Below are positions 50,468 through 60,653 of a DNA stretch of 64,000 nucleotides, piece after piece. This DNA comes from a virus (Duplodnaviria; Caudoviricetes). Under the pieces are notes generated by a model. That model saw nothing but the letters and a program-made list of their open reading frames with translations, was not told the origin of the DNA and did no database searches. The stretch spans positions 1 to 64,000 of IMG/VR virus record IMGVR_UViG_3300013368_000005, one strand, 5' to 3'. The first letter of the stretch is position 1, and every line of letters starts with the position of its first letter. A program made the translations under genes and the position numbers.

Positions 50468-51130
50468 ATGTTATTCAATGGATCTATCTTTGTAACGACA
50501 GATTTAAATGTTGTTAGAAATAATTTTACAACAAGTAAAGTCGTTGTAATTGGAGATAATCAGCCAAGCAACCAAGAATTAGTAACATCGGTTGGCGGAG
50601 TATTAGCAAGTGTATTGCTACCTCCATATCAATCTATGGAAGCATATTTAGATAATAGAAAAGAAGATTTTATAAATCTATACTATGCATACTTATTTAG
50701 TCGAGAAACATTGGCGTTATTAGCAGCTCTGGTGAGAGCTATAATGAATGGTACAAACATTCTTATCTATATTAATGCGGATGAATATAATATGTATTTT
50801 GAAGCATTGTATAATTTTATAGCAATAAATTTTGGAATATTTATTGGAACTGGAACAAACCAATTTGGATTTTCAAACAATCCAATTCACATTAAATTTA
50901 TTTGTGATACTTTATATTTAAATGAATTTTTAAGTATACCAGAATTATTTGCATTATATCCTGCAGATGCAGATTTTCTTCAAGAAGTTGTTGTTAAATT
51001 AATAAATGAGTTAAATCCATATGTTGCAGATACTTCTTTTGAAGGTTATTGTAATTATTTTAGAAACTATAGAAATCAAATGTTAGCGAATAATGGTTCG
51101 TTCTTAAAACCATTGGTGCATAAATGTTAG
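50468..51130 (+). CDS. hypothetical protein (paralog of the next ORF)
   Basis: LLPP...FINLYYAYL...IMNGTNILIY. Confidence 0.65.
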   Translation: MLFNGSIFVTTDLNVVRNNFTTSKVVVIGDNQPSNQELVTSVGGVLASVLLPPYQSMEAYLDNRKEDFINLYYAYLFSRETLALLAALVRAIMNGTNILIYINADEYNMYFEALYNFIAINFGIFIGTGTNQFGFSNNPIHIKFICDTLYLNEFLSIPELFALYPADADFLQEVVVKLINELNPYVADTSFEGYCNYFRNYRNQMLANNGSFLKPLVHKC

Positions 51131-51591
51131 TATTTGGTGACTATACATGTTTGAAGCCAGTAATGAAGAATTTCTTTATATTTAATCTGGCTTCTTCATT
51201 AGAAGGTTTCGAAAGGGTAGATATAATACCAAGATTTCAAATGGAATATTCAAATAGAGATTTTGATGTGCTATATGCAAAATATATAATGGAAACAGAT
51301 TCAGTGTTTTATGAATTTATGAAAATAATAATTTCATTATATAATGGATTTGATGTATTTATATTAACTAATAGAAGCGGATTTTATGAGGATATTATAG
51401 AATCCCTTCAAAAGTTAATTCAGCAACGATATGGTATAATATCTAATATTATAAATGAACCAGATGATTGGAATTATGTCCAAGAATCTTGTTTTAATAT
51501 TAATGGTTTATATAATTTAGATATAGACAAAGAAAGATATGCAGTGATGTTTACAAATTTAAATTTAGATACTATACTAAAGTCATTGTAA
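51124..51591 (+). CDS. hypothetical protein (paralog of the previous ORF)
   Basis: IIPR...FDVLYAKYI...LYNGFDVFIL. Confidence 0.65.
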   Translation: MLVFGDYTCLKPVMKNFFIFNLASSLEGFERVDIIPRFQMEYSNRDFDVLYAKYIMETDSVFYEFMKIIISLYNGFDVFILTNRSGFYEDIIESLQKLIQQRYGIISNIINEPDDWNYVQESCFNINGLYNLDIDKERYAVMFTNLNLDTILKSL

Positions 51592-51643
51592 AATTAATAA
51601 AGTTAGAGATTATCTCTAACTTTATTTTTTCGGAGGTTTTTAA

Positions 51644-52465
51644 ATGAGTAATTTATTATGGAATAAAGTAAATTATACTGCAGATATAGAATATATAATA
51701 TCTAGTTATATTAGAGAATATGATATAAAAAAGGCAAATATAAATATTTTATATAATAAAGGAGTATTGACTAAGAATCAATATGAATATTATCATAGTT
51801 TAGAAAAGAAAAAAAGAGAAGTTAGTATAGGTTGTTTATTAAGAGATAATCCTCAATATAATAAAGTATTAATTGATGGTATAAAAGAATATAAACAGAA
51901 ATTCTTTGAAGCCAATAATATTAAATTTGAGGAAGTATTATCAATAAAAAATGATGCTGTATTTATAATAAATAAAATCCCTAATATAACTGTATTTGAT
52001 AATAATGTAGAATTTGTAAATAAAAATATATTTACGTCTTATTATAAATTAGGTCCAAATAAATCTGATATTGAAGCTTATTATTATTATGATATGGTTA
52101 ATAATACTGAAAAAATAGATATTAAAGGTATCAAAGATGAAAAAATATATTTACATGAAGATTACTTTTTAGAATTTTTAAAAGTATGTTTTTGTTCTGC
52201 TCAATCTGAAGGCATAAAACCTACTATAGATTTAATATCATCATTTTATAATAGATATATTAATTTGCAATTAGATATAGGATATTATAGAGAATTTAGA
52301 TCAGATTGTTGTTACACATTAAAAGGATTAAGCCAATATAGTATATTTAAATCTTTTAATTTGGAAGAACATAATAAACAATATGTAAATATTATAGTTA
52401 ATTTAAATATAATTAGACAACTTCATAAATACTTTTCTCAAATTTATTTTTCTAATAGTAGATAA
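51644..52465 (+). CDS. family-B DNA polymerase palm-like fragment
   Basis: IREYDIKKAN (motif A-like), LSIKNDAVF (motif C-like), DIKGI. Confidence 0.5.
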   Translation: MSNLLWNKVNYTADIEYIISSYIREYDIKKANINILYNKGVLTKNQYEYYHSLEKKKREVSIGCLLRDNPQYNKVLIDGIKEYKQKFFEANNIKFEEVLSIKNDAVFIINKIPNITVFDNNVEFVNKNIFTSYYKLGPNKSDIEAYYYYDMVNNTEKIDIKGIKDEKIYLHEDYFLEFLKVCFCSAQSEGIKPTIDLISSFYNRYINLQLDIGYYREFRSDCCYTLKGLSQYSIFKSFNLEEHNKQYVNIIVNLNIIRQLHKYFSQIYFSNSR

Positions 52466-52466
52466 A

Positions 52467-52494
52467 AAAGGATAGCGTTAAATCGCTATCCTTT
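52467..52494. terminator. bidirectional terminator
   Basis: AAAGGATAGCG-ttaaat-CGCTATCCTTT. Confidence 0.8.
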
Positions 52495-52942
52495 ATTTTT
52501 TATATGTTGCAACTTCCTGTCCATTGTTATTTTCAATAACATATTGCATTACTCTTAAATATACCTTCTCATTTATAAGTTCACCTAAACCGTCTTTATT
52601 ATAAATTAATGATAATTTATCGATCATAGCAGGTGATATTGTATTCAGTATCTTATAAGATACATGTTTAACTATTTCTGCTTCTGATTTAGAATCTATA
52701 TAATGTGTATCTTTAAATGCTTCATTCAAAGCCAAATATTCTAAAAAACATTCTTCTATTAAAGAAGGTAATAATGCAAAGTCTTCAGGTGTGATTTTAT
52801 AATTTACATTTATCATATAATAATCCTGTCTGATTTTTTTACTCTCATTTCTTGATGATACTATTAAATACCATGAAAAAGTTAATATAAAAATAATTGA
52901 AGTTATTAAAGCTAAAAATAATAATTGTTCTAAAATATTCAT
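52493..52942 (-). CDS. membrane-anchored late protein
   Basis: N-terminal TM helix. Confidence 0.65.
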   Translation of the reverse strand: MNILEQLLFLALITSIIFILTFSWYLIVSSRNESKKIRQDYYMINVNYKITPEDFALLPSLIEECFLEYLALNEAFKDTHYIDSKSEAEIVKHVSYKILNTISPAMIDKLSLIYNKDGLGELINEKVYLRVMQYVIENNNGQEVATYKK

Positions 52943-52971
52943 AAATAAATTCCTCCTAAATATATATATTA

Positions 52972-53625
52972 TTATCTATTTAAACAAGACCAGTCCAATA
53001 TTCTATCCCTTACTTGAAGAAGATCTGCATCTACTGAACCACCGTTTTGTATTGCTCTTTTAATATAAAATAATATTTTAAATGCTATATCCTGTGTTAA
53101 ACCTGTATTATATCTTAATAGAAAATCATACCAATTTCCAAAACACATATCTGGATGTATAAAGAAATCGGGATTATTATGATATAATTGATGTGGCGTT
53201 AGTGATAGCATTACCAATTGTATACGATTATTGATATGTTCATGTTTTAAAAGAGTAACTAAATCAAAGGTAGTTATTTTGCCTTTAGTATTTAAAACAT
53301 GTTCTGTGATAATTACAGCTATATCAAATATGGTAATCATATTATGATGCATTTCTACTTTAGCCATTGTATCTGCAACTATGCTAGAATGGAATTGGCA
53401 TCTATCGAATCCTAATCCATAAAGGTAACCCTTATAATGTTTATAAGTCCTACTATGCCTAAATCTAGCTATTGCATTTTCTATAAATCTTTTATAAGAT
53501 TCGACATCTAATAAGGTATCTCTAGTTTGAGCAAAAGGCAATTCATATGGACTGTTCGGTGAGGATATTGTTGGGTTTTCATCATTATACGAATCAATAT
53601 CTGGTAATTTATTATAGTCTTCCAT
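52972..53625 (-). CDS. HNH-like protein, paralog B
   Basis: VEMHHNM...LVMLSLTPHQLYH; late promoter AACA-TCTAAA-TA. Confidence 0.5.
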   Translation of the reverse strand: MEDYNKLPDIDSYNDENPTISSPNSPYELPFAQTRDTLLDVESYKRFIENAIARFRHSRTYKHYKGYLYGLGFDRCQFHSSIVADTMAKVEMHHNMITIFDIAVIITEHVLNTKGKITTFDLVTLLKHEHINNRIQLVMLSLTPHQLYHNNPDFFIHPDMCFGNWYDFLLRYNTGLTQDIAFKILFYIKRAIQNGGSVDADLLQVRDRILDWSCLNR

Positions 53626-53798
53626 TTTAAAGACCTCCTCTTATTTGTTGTTATTTAGATGTTATTCTCCAATATTTGGCAATTATACATAATTGTATAT
53701 CTTTAGAATTTAAATTATATATTATAATAATGTAATAAAGTTTGTAAGTTCTTTATATAGAAATAAAAATATTAAACTTACAGAAGGGGTTAAATATA

Positions 53799-54479
53799 AT
53801 GTCAAGAATATGTGTAAAAGTTGAAGAAAAGGATGGGAAGTTATTTATAACTTCTATAGAGGGTAATGTGGATAAATTTTACTTAACTGTATATAATCCA
53901 CTAGAACCTAATATTATAGGTATATTTGAAGATGGGGATAGCTTCATTCATACCAATCAATTTAAAGAATGGACTGTTAAAAAAGTATCAGAGGGAGAAT
54001 GGAGATTTGAGCATTCTACATTTAAAGATAAATTAATCAAATCGGGAAATTTATATTTATTAGCTACAAGTTCTGGAGCAGCTAGAAATGGAATAATGCA
54101 TAATTATAAAGAACCTGAAAATATATTAGATGTTTTAATGCAATCGTCTAAAGGTAAAATAAAGTATAGGAAAGCTCGTCTAAACGAGAGTGATATTTAT
54201 ATTTCAGGGGATACATTATTAGGAGATCGTTCTTATAAAATTACGAGATGTATTTCTGATGGTAGACCAATAGAAATATCTCAAAAGGATAAATATACTA
54301 TATGTAAATATGACAATGCATCTGTAGTCATTTATATAACTATACAAAATCTTTATGATAATTATAATATAACTTTAGAGCTATATACTAATATGAGTAT
54401 AGAGGAAGTATGTAACAAAAGTAATTTAATCAATGATACTATAACCATAATAAAAGAAAATACAGAAGGGGTATTATAG
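53799..54479 (+). CDS. early hypothetical protein
   Basis: early motif at 53718-53725; leader hairpin. Confidence 0.7.
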   Translation: MSRICVKVEEKDGKLFITSIEGNVDKFYLTVYNPLEPNIIGIFEDGDSFIHTNQFKEWTVKKVSEGEWRFEHSTFKDKLIKSGNLYLLATSSGAARNGIMHNYKEPENILDVLMQSSKGKIKYRKARLNESDIYISGDTLLGDRSYKITRCISDGRPIEISQKDKYTICKYDNASVVIYITIQNLYDNYNITLELYTNMSIEEVCNKSNLINDTITIIKENTEGVL

Positions 54480-54482
54480 AAA

Positions 54483-54779
54483 ATGGAGGAAAATAATTAT
54501 ACTGTAACCACCAAACAATTTAAATGTAAAAGCGAGGCAATGTTAGATGTCACATTAGATGATGAAAAAATATCTATTCCTGTATCCGAATTATTAAATT
54601 GTCAAATAGGATATTCATATAATATATCGTCTAATGATAATTCAAACAGAAAAATACTTACATTAACAAATAAAGCTTTATATGGATGCGAGTTATCACT
54701 AATATATTATGAAATTAATACATTGAAATCTATTACAATTATAAAAATTACTATTGAATCGAGTTCTATAGTAATATAG
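54483..54779 (+). CDS. hypothetical protein (paralog of the next ORF)
   Basis: ISIPVSELLNCQIG versus LDITGWQLFDLPIG. Confidence 0.6.
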   Translation: MEENNYTVTTKQFKCKSEAMLDVTLDDEKISIPVSELLNCQIGYSYNISSNDNSNRKILTLTNKALYGCELSLIYYEINTLKSITIIKITIESSSIVI

Positions 54780-54793
54780 GAGATTAAAGAAAT

Positions 54794-55072
54794 ATGTTTG
54801 TCAAAAATAAGAAAAATACTGTTGATATTTATAATTCTGATATAATTACTCTAAAGGCAGGACATCGAGAATTAGATATAACTGGGTGGCAATTATTTGA
54901 TTTACCAATTGGCGGCACGATAGGAATTATAGATGGAGCATATTCTCATTTTATATTTGTAAATGAAATAGATATAAAAAGGAAGAGATGTGTTGTTACA
55001 ATGTCAAAAAGAAACATTGATAATCCATCTTATAGCAATATAATAAAAATAACATATAATATTAAAGATTAG
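54794..55072 (+). CDS. hypothetical protein
   Basis: SD AGGAG; terminator at 55073-55104. Confidence 0.6.
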   Translation: MFVKNKKNTVDIYNSDIITLKAGHRELDITGWQLFDLPIGGTIGIIDGAYSHFIFVNEIDIKRKRCVVTMSKRNIDNPSYSNIIKITYNIKD

Positions 55073-55165
55073 AATAAACCAGGCTCTCCCCTGGTTTATT
55101 TTTTCTCTATTACATTTATTTTTTAACTACATATAAGTAATAATAGAAGGGAGATGTGATTAGTT

Positions 55166-57661
55166 ATGGCATATAACGTGGAAAATATTAAAACTGATAA
55201 TATACCTTTATTGGATGAATTAATATTTAATTTAAAAAAATTGCTATATGATTCTGTAATGAAGGATGAAGAAGCAGCTTTAAATAATGAAACTTTAGAA
55301 TCACAAAAAGAATCAGATGTCTATATATCTTGTTTACAAGACAGGGCTAATTTAAATATGTTTGATTATAAAATGCAGGAATTAATAAATCTTGGAATAC
55401 CTGATTATTTAATAAATGATATCTTATTAGATCCGAGTAATACTCCAGATAGTTTTAAGAAACCTTTATTAAAGTTTAAAACACAACAATTTATAGATAA
55501 TTATGTAGAAAAAAATAATTATTATCGTATGTTGAATGGTATACCCGATATAGGAGATTCTGGTATTAAAATACCAGAAGAATATTTAGATATTCAATTA
55601 AGAGGTATAATAGATACTAATATTTATGTACATCAAATGAGGGATACAGAAATAGATGTATTATATACATTTAATATAATCAATAGACTCATTCAGGAAA
55701 ATCCTACAAAGAAATACCTAGAGCATATGGGATCTAAGAGTATACCTATTATTGATGCTAGAACATCAAAGAAATTTGAATTGTTATATACAACTATTGA
55801 TTGCCCTAGAGAAGTATTAGTTAGATTTAGAGAAAAATTCGAACAAAATAGAATTTATACTTTAAAGGTGTTATATTCTGATGCATTTAAATTTGGTTCA
55901 GATTATTACGATAATTTTATGCAAGTTCTTATTCTTATCGAAACAGCTAAAGATATGTTAGCTGAGTTACCAGATTTTATTATTAAAAAGGATATCTTTG
56001 ATTTTAGAATGATAGAATTAATATTTCAATCTAACGGTATAGATTTTTTTCCAGAGATTCCTTTTAGATATCAAATAGCTATGGTAAGAAATTTAAATAG
56101 GTTAATTAAATTTAAATCCACTACAAAGAATATAATAGATATTTGTTCACTATTTGGGTTTGAAAACATACAAGTATTCAAATACTATCTACTCAGAGAT
56201 AGGAAATATGATAAGTTTGGAAACTATGAATTCAATTTTAAAGAAATTGTAAATGATGATAGTGGAGAGATAGAAATAGTAGAGGATGTTGCCGAGAATT
56301 ATGATTTAAAATTCTTAAAAGTACCAATTCAGGATAAAGCTGACGATTACTTATATGATAGAAGTAAATATCTAGATTATGATGAAATAGCTCTTGGAGA
56401 TAAATATTGGAATGGTGATTTAGATCATAATGATGTAAAAAGAGCAATATTGGAAGATGAATTTAATTATTTACAGTCTAAATATATTTCTATAGATACA
56501 ATATATAGTATGACAGAATTATCTTTTCAATTATGCTATTTTTATAATATATTATTTGATGAATATAAACTTGAAGATAAATTATTCGTAAGAGTTCCCA
56601 CTATAAATGGATTAGCTAAATTTAAATTGGTAGATCTAATAAGCTATCTTTATTCTTTAATGTATGAATACAATGGAGTGGTGGATGATTTAATGGATAC
56701 CCCTACTAAAATACTTTATATTAAAGGATTTAATTTTTCTGTAGATATGACTGCATTGGCGGCGTATGTTCAAGAACAAGGATTTACTATGGAAGAATTA
56801 GGAGTAGGTGGATTTATAATTCCAGAAACAGGTCTTTTATCTTACGAACAGTTAATACATGTATATACTAATAATAAAAATATGCATGATCATATTGTTA
56901 AGCAATTATATAAAGCTGATAATAAGAAGATATATGATATATATAAGAAAATATATGATAGTTTAATGATAATGGAATTAAGTATGAAATTTTTTACTTT
57001 AAAAGATGGTACTATTGCAAAAACGTATACCCAGTTTCTAAAAGAAAGAGATGTTATTCTTTATCAATCGCTTATAACAGTAAGGGCAACTGATAACAAT
57101 AGAGTTAAACAACAAAAGATAACAGAACTTATAGATGCTGTAATATACGCAATAGAAGAATATTTAGATGATGAACAGTTTAAGTTTATTTTTTCATTCT
57201 TACCTTCTGCTTCATCTGAAGCTGTAAAAAGATATATATATAAAGTAGTTAATTTCTTTAAATCTTATAAAGTAGATATACTTAGTATTAATACTATATA
57301 TAAATTTGATGATAAGTTAGAAAATAAAATAAATATTATAGATGATATATTTATCAAATATTTTTATACAAAACATGAGACTATAGATGCAATTTCTAAA
57401 TTAAGGAATAATGTAAATTTAACCAAAAAGGATATGCAGAAAATAATTGAGAAAATATATTTTGAAACCACTTTCTGGATGGATTTATTTAATTCGGATA
57501 ATATTACTACAAAAGATATAATGAATTTATTATCTACATTAAATCCTAAATCGTATGTTGATATCGGTGAAACAATAAGTACAATTGTAACTAAAAGACT
57601 TGAAAAGGAAAGTTTAAATATTAATGATAAGATTAGTATAACACCATTTACTGAAATCTAA
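55166..57661 (+). CDS. baseplate wedge-like virion protein
   Basis: LIKFKSTTKNIIDICSLFGF resembles the P2 gpI / T4 gp7-type KGT motif; variant late promoter TACA-TATAAG-TA. Confidence 0.45.
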   Translation: MAYNVENIKTDNIPLLDELIFNLKKLLYDSVMKDEEAALNNETLESQKESDVYISCLQDRANLNMFDYKMQELINLGIPDYLINDILLDPSNTPDSFKKPLLKFKTQQFIDNYVEKNNYYRMLNGIPDIGDSGIKIPEEYLDIQLRGIIDTNIYVHQMRDTEIDVLYTFNIINRLIQENPTKKYLEHMGSKSIPIIDARTSKKFELLYTTIDCPREVLVRFREKFEQNRIYTLKVLYSDAFKFGSDYYDNFMQVLILIETAKDMLAELPDFIIKKDIFDFRMIELIFQSNGIDFFPEIPFRYQIAMVRNLNRLIKFKSTTKNIIDICSLFGFENIQVFKYYLLRDRKYDKFGNYEFNFKEIVNDDSGEIEIVEDVAENYDLKFLKVPIQDKADDYLYDRSKYLDYDEIALGDKYWNGDLDHNDVKRAILEDEFNYLQSKYISIDTIYSMTELSFQLCYFYNILFDEYKLEDKLFVRVPTINGLAKFKLVDLISYLYSLMYEYNGVVDDLMDTPTKILYIKGFNFSVDMTALAAYVQEQGFTMEELGVGGFIIPETGLLSYEQLIHVYTNNKNMHDHIVKQLYKADNKKIYDIYKKIYDSLMIMELSMKFFTLKDGTIAKTYTQFLKERDVILYQSLITVRATDNNRVKQQKITELIDAVIYAIEEYLDDEQFKFIFSFLPSASSEAVKRYIYKVVNFFKSYKVDILSINTIYKFDDKLENKINIIDDIFIKYFYTKHETIDAISKLRNNVNLTKKDMQKIIEKIYFETTFWMDLFNSDNITTKDIMNLLSTLNPKSYVDIGETISTIVTKRLEKESLNINDKISITPFTEI

Positions 57662-57724
57662 TTATAACGTTTACTTTGTAAACATATATATAATTATGAG
57701 TAAATTAAGATAGGAGGAAATAGA

Positions 57725-58534
57725 ATGAAAAATAAAATTCTTCCTTTATTTGATAAAGGAAAAAATTACGATTCATGTTCAGTTCATAGAACTAATATAG
57801 TTATAAAGAATGAGTTTACTGGAGAAGAAGTTTTCAGGGGTTCTAATAAAGTAATAATTGGAGGTTCAGCATTTACAGCTGCCAAGCATTGGAATATAGC
57901 ACCACCAGTTTTTACGCCAACATATAATACTATAATGGGATTAGATAATTCTGTTATAGAACCTTATTCGGGTGATGGTATTAGAAAAGAAGAACAGGTA
58001 TTTTTATTTGCAGTAGGTACAGATGGCTGTGGACAAGAAAACTCACAAGTATTCGATGTAAATTATACTAAATGGATAGCTCCAGAAAATTTAGTTCCAT
58101 TTAGATATCAATTAGAAACAAATGATATCGCAGGACATTTAAGAGATAAATATTTTGGAAGAAAAACAACAACAAATAGAATAGCTTATTATTTTAAAGC
58201 ATTCGAGATGCCACCTCTATTTAAACAGCAATATGTAGATGGGACACCAATAGATGAAAATATTTATACATCAAGCAGAATAGAAGAAGTTGAATCTTTT
58301 GTAGAAATAAATTTAAAAATAACTAAAGAAGATTGCAGAGACTTCTTTTTAGCAACAACAGGTATAAACGATGCTAGAATTAACACTATATCTCTATTGA
58401 CAGCATGGAAAAAAGAAATAGATGGTTATGTTTATTATCAAGATATTAGACCATTAACAAAGCTAAACTTTCCTAACGAGTCATTGATTGATATGTCAAA
58501 AGGATTAGACATTATATACGATATATATTATTAA
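57725..58534 (+). CDS. putative baseplate/tail virion protein
   Basis: late promoter AACA-TATATA-TA near 57681; FAVGTDG. Confidence 0.5.
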   Translation: MKNKILPLFDKGKNYDSCSVHRTNIVIKNEFTGEEVFRGSNKVIIGGSAFTAAKHWNIAPPVFTPTYNTIMGLDNSVIEPYSGDGIRKEEQVFLFAVGTDGCGQENSQVFDVNYTKWIAPENLVPFRYQLETNDIAGHLRDKYFGRKTTTNRIAYYFKAFEMPPLFKQQYVDGTPIDENIYTSSRIEEVESFVEINLKITKEDCRDFFLATTGINDARINTISLLTAWKKEIDGYVYYQDIRPLTKLNFPNESLIDMSKGLDIIYDIYY

Positions 58535-58588
58535 AATAATAAAGAGGAGGTATAATCTCCTCTTTATTTTTTAGAGGAGGAATTAAAT

Positions 58589-59833
58589 ATGGCACAGAAA
58601 AGACAAATAAGAACAGCAAGAGCTGTTACTAAAAAAGAAGATATTGATTATTTAGTTAATATAAAAGAAGAAGATATTACAACAAGTTTTATAATGGATA
58701 CATTTGCAGAATTTAATGGTAAAACTAGATTTGATCCATATGATACTATAACTATACCTCCTGGTTCTTATGGTCCAGAAGGAAAAAAGAATAAAAATTC
58801 ATTTGACACAACAGTAGGATTATGGATTTTTAATAAATATTTTATAGAGAAAGATTTATTTAATTTATTTTTACCAAGTGGATATATAAATAAGTCTATA
58901 GATAAGAAAACTTTTGGAATGATAAATACCAAATTATCCAGGGCGATATTAGAAGATGATATAGAATTAGAAGCATCAAAAAGATATTTAATGAAAACAC
59001 AAAAGAGTATGCCTTATGTTAGTATATTATCTCCTAGCCATACATTAAGTTTATTATTAAGTCCTAAAGAAATAGAAAAAAAGAAAAAAGAACTAGCTAA
59101 AAAATATGCTAAAGAGTTAGAAGCAGGAGACGAAATAGTAGCGGAAAAAATAGAAACAGAGTTATTAGAATTTGCTAAGAGTTTTCTGGCAGGAGACCCT
59201 TCTATGGATTTCTATAATTCAGGAGCCAGAGGCTCATTTGGAAATAACTTTAAAAATATGTATGTAATGAAGGGTGCAATCAAAGATCCAGATCCAAACA
59301 AAGGTTATAATATCGCAATGTCAAATTATATGAATGGCATATCTAGAGAAGAATATGCAACATTCGCAAACTCATTAGCAGCTGGTCCTTATGCTAGAGG
59401 AAAGAAAACAGAAATCGGTGGTTATATGGAAAAACTATATTTATCGGCATTTCAACATATCACTTTAGACAAGCCTGGTTCAGATTGTCATACTGATCAA
59501 TATATAGAAGTTTTATTAGAAGGAAAATCAATAGATGATTATATGTATTCATATGTAATAGACGGAAATAATCTTGTAGAATTAACTTCTAAGACTATAG
59601 ATAAATATAAAGGAAAGAAAGTTAAATTGAGATTCTCTTCTTTATGTAAGAGTAAAACAGGTATTTGTAATAAATGTGCTGGGACTTTATTATATAGATT
59701 AGGATTAAAAAATGCAGGTATGACTTTACCAATAATACCTTCTACCCTAAAGAATTTAAGTATGAAAAGTTTCCATGATAGTAGCGTAGTAACAATAGAA
59801 ATGGACCCTATGAAGGCATTTGGTTTAAAATAA
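58589..59833 (+). CDS. RNA polymerase beta-prime-like subunit fragment (funnel, bridge helix, trigger loop)
   Basis: TTVGLWIFN, SGARGS, NYMNG, ARGKKTEIGGY, DC...LCKSKTGICNKCAG, SMKSFH. Confidence 0.85.
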   Translation: MAQKRQIRTARAVTKKEDIDYLVNIKEEDITTSFIMDTFAEFNGKTRFDPYDTITIPPGSYGPEGKKNKNSFDTTVGLWIFNKYFIEKDLFNLFLPSGYINKSIDKKTFGMINTKLSRAILEDDIELEASKRYLMKTQKSMPYVSILSPSHTLSLLLSPKEIEKKKKELAKKYAKELEAGDEIVAEKIETELLEFAKSFLAGDPSMDFYNSGARGSFGNNFKNMYVMKGAIKDPDPNKGYNIAMSNYMNGISREEYATFANSLAAGPYARGKKTEIGGYMEKLYLSAFQHITLDKPGSDCHTDQYIEVLLEGKSIDDYMYSYVIDGNNLVELTSKTIDKYKGKKVKLRFSSLCKSKTGICNKCAGTLLYRLGLKNAGMTLPIIPSTLKNLSMKSFHDSSVVTIEMDPMKAFGLK

Positions 59834-59954
59834 CTAAATATATCAAAAGAATATTTATTTTAATCAAGCTATACCATAACTGGTATAGCTTGTCTTTTTT
59901 GTTTTATACATAATATCAAACTATAATATAATAAATAATAAGGGAGAGATTAAT

Positions 59955-60626
59955 ATGACAAATGAATGGATTGAAAATGAATTAGACTTATATGAAAACG
60001 CACATAATATCAAACTTAATAAAGAAGAAATAAAAGGTGTTATAGAAATCTTTAAAGCACAAGGACACAGCGGTTTTAGTGCTAGTTATGTTATTGGTTA
60101 CATTAAGCGTCTTATATTAACTTATGATGAAACAAAAAGAGATTTAGAGAAAATGTTAAAATCAGAGGATAAAGATGGAATGCAAACACTTATAACAGAT
60201 AATATATTTGATATATACAATGCATGTGAAAATCTGAATGTATCTGAGACAGGATTAATACTATCCTTATTAGAGCATAAACCCCTTACTCCATTGACAG
60301 GCGAAGACAATGAATGGGGCGAATCATTTGATGATGATAATTTACAACAAAATAACAGATGCTCTGCAGTTTTTAGAGAGAAATATGATAATGGTCTTAT
60401 AATACCATATTATCTAGATGATACAGTATATTCTGATGATGGAGGATTATCATTTTATAGTACTAATAAATTTGGTAGAAAAGAAATATCTTTTCCGTTT
60501 ACAGTACCAGAAAAATCTGAATATGTATATTTGTATTATAGTGATGAAGAAACAAGACCTATAATATTAACTAATGCAGAGACTATTAAAAAATTACGTA
60601 ATATAAAAGAAACTGATTCAAAATAA
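59955..60626 (+). CDS. phage protein, PLTPLTGEDNEW family, paralog A
   Basis: strong similarity to 60962-61525. Confidence 0.7.
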   Translation: MTNEWIENELDLYENAHNIKLNKEEIKGVIEIFKAQGHSGFSASYVIGYIKRLILTYDETKRDLEKMLKSEDKDGMQTLITDNIFDIYNACENLNVSETGLILSLLEHKPLTPLTGEDNEWGESFDDDNLQQNNRCSAVFREKYDNGLIIPYYLDDTVYSDDGGLSFYSTNKFGRKEISFPFTVPEKSEYVYLYYSDEETRPIILTNAETIKKLRNIKETDSK

Positions 60627-60653
60627 TTAGATTATAAAAAGGAGAGATTTAAT

